A DNA stretch of 64,000 nucleotides, taken from the NCBI RefSeq assembly GCF_044704955.1, contig NW_027254447.1:186001-250000 (forward strand), read 5' to 3'. Below, piece by piece: positions 63,098 through 64,000 of the stretch (positions within the stretch are counted from its first letter, which is position 1; the number at the start of each line of letters is the position of its first letter). The notes beneath the pieces were generated by a model that saw nothing but the letters and a program-made list of their open reading frames with translations, searched no databases and was not told the origin of the DNA. Source of the DNA: Pristiophorus japonicus (Eukaryota). A program made the position numbers and the translations under genes.

Positions 63098-64000
63098 ATT
63101 TTCAATCTATATTAATGACTTGGATAAAGGGACCGAGTGCAATGTAGCCAAGTTTGCTGATGATGATATAAAGATGGGTGGGAAAGCAAGTTGTGAGGAG
63201 TACACATAAAATCTGCAAAGGGATATGGACAGGCTAAGTGAGTAGGCAAAAATTTGGCAGATGGAGTATAATGTGGGAAAATGTGAGGTTATCCATTTTG
63301 GCAGAAAAAATAGAAAAGCAAATTATAATTTAAATGGAGAAAAATTGCAAAGTGCTGCAGTACAGAAAGACCTAGGGATCCTTGTGCATGAAACACAAAA
63401 ATTAGTATGCAGGTACAGCAAGTAATCAGGAAGGCAAATGGAATGTTGGCATTTATTGCAAGGGGAATATAGTATTCCCCTTGCATTAAATGTACACCAG
63501 AGAATTCCTGCTACATCTGTACAGGGTATTGGTGAGGCCACACCTGGAGTACTGTGTACAGTTTTGGTCTCCATATTGAAGCAAGGATATACTTGCAATG
63601 GAGGCAGTTCAGAGAAGGTTCACTAGGTTGATTCTGGAGCTGAGGGGGTTGACTTATGAAGATAGGTTGAGTAGGTTGGGCCTGTACTCATTGGAGTTCA
63701 GACGGATGAGAGGTGATCTTATTGAAACTTATAAGAGCTTGACAAGGTGGATGCAGTGAGGATAATTCTACTCACAATTTCAGAATAAGAGGCCACCCAT
63801 TTAAAACTGAGATAAGGAGGAATTTCTTGTCTGAGGGTTGCAAATCTGTGGAATTCTTTGCCCCAGAGAGCTGTGGAAGCTGGGTCATTGAATATATTTA
63901 AGGCGGAGATAGACAGATTTTAGAGTGATAAGGGAATAAAGGGTTATGGGGAGCTGGCAGGGAAGTGGAGCTGAGTCCATGATCAGAAAAGCCTTGATCT
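63098..64000 (+). mobile_element. CR1 3' fragment (decayed)
   Basis: INDLDKG..KFADD through the 3' UTR. Confidence 0.88.

Overview
Vertebrate genomic DNA, most likely from a cartilaginous fish (inferred from the CR1/RTE families and the ZNF style; not proven). Most of the window is transposon-derived. It contains many nested CR1 LINE copies, including one full-length copy with two open ORFs (56036-60614). It also has two RTE/BovB-like LINE copies, a decayed Tx1-type (L1 clade) element, a decayed Gypsy LTR element with both LTRs, a ~1 kb MITE-like element and two related 40-42 bp minisatellite arrays. The host genes are a C2H2 zinc-finger exon (~9.1-10.1 kb) and a decaying replication-dependent histone cluster (28-47 kb: H2B x2, H2A x2, H4, H1, an H3 that has lost its ATG, and H4/H2B pseudogenes), mostly with canonical 3' stem-loops, plus an outlying H4 pseudogene at 15.7 kb. 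The best novelty candidate is an in-frame T-TTA-AAC-stop slippery heptamer at the CR1 ORF1/ORF2 junction, conserved between two divergent CR1 families, which suggests -1 ribosomal frameshifting. Other leads are TATA-bearing 90-bp monomers in the CR1 5' UTR, a ~140-bp direct repeat flanking the Tx1 element, a fold-back/templated CR1 junction, and an inverted duplicated promoter/exon module. Boundaries of old repeat fragments are approximate and all alignments were done by eye.
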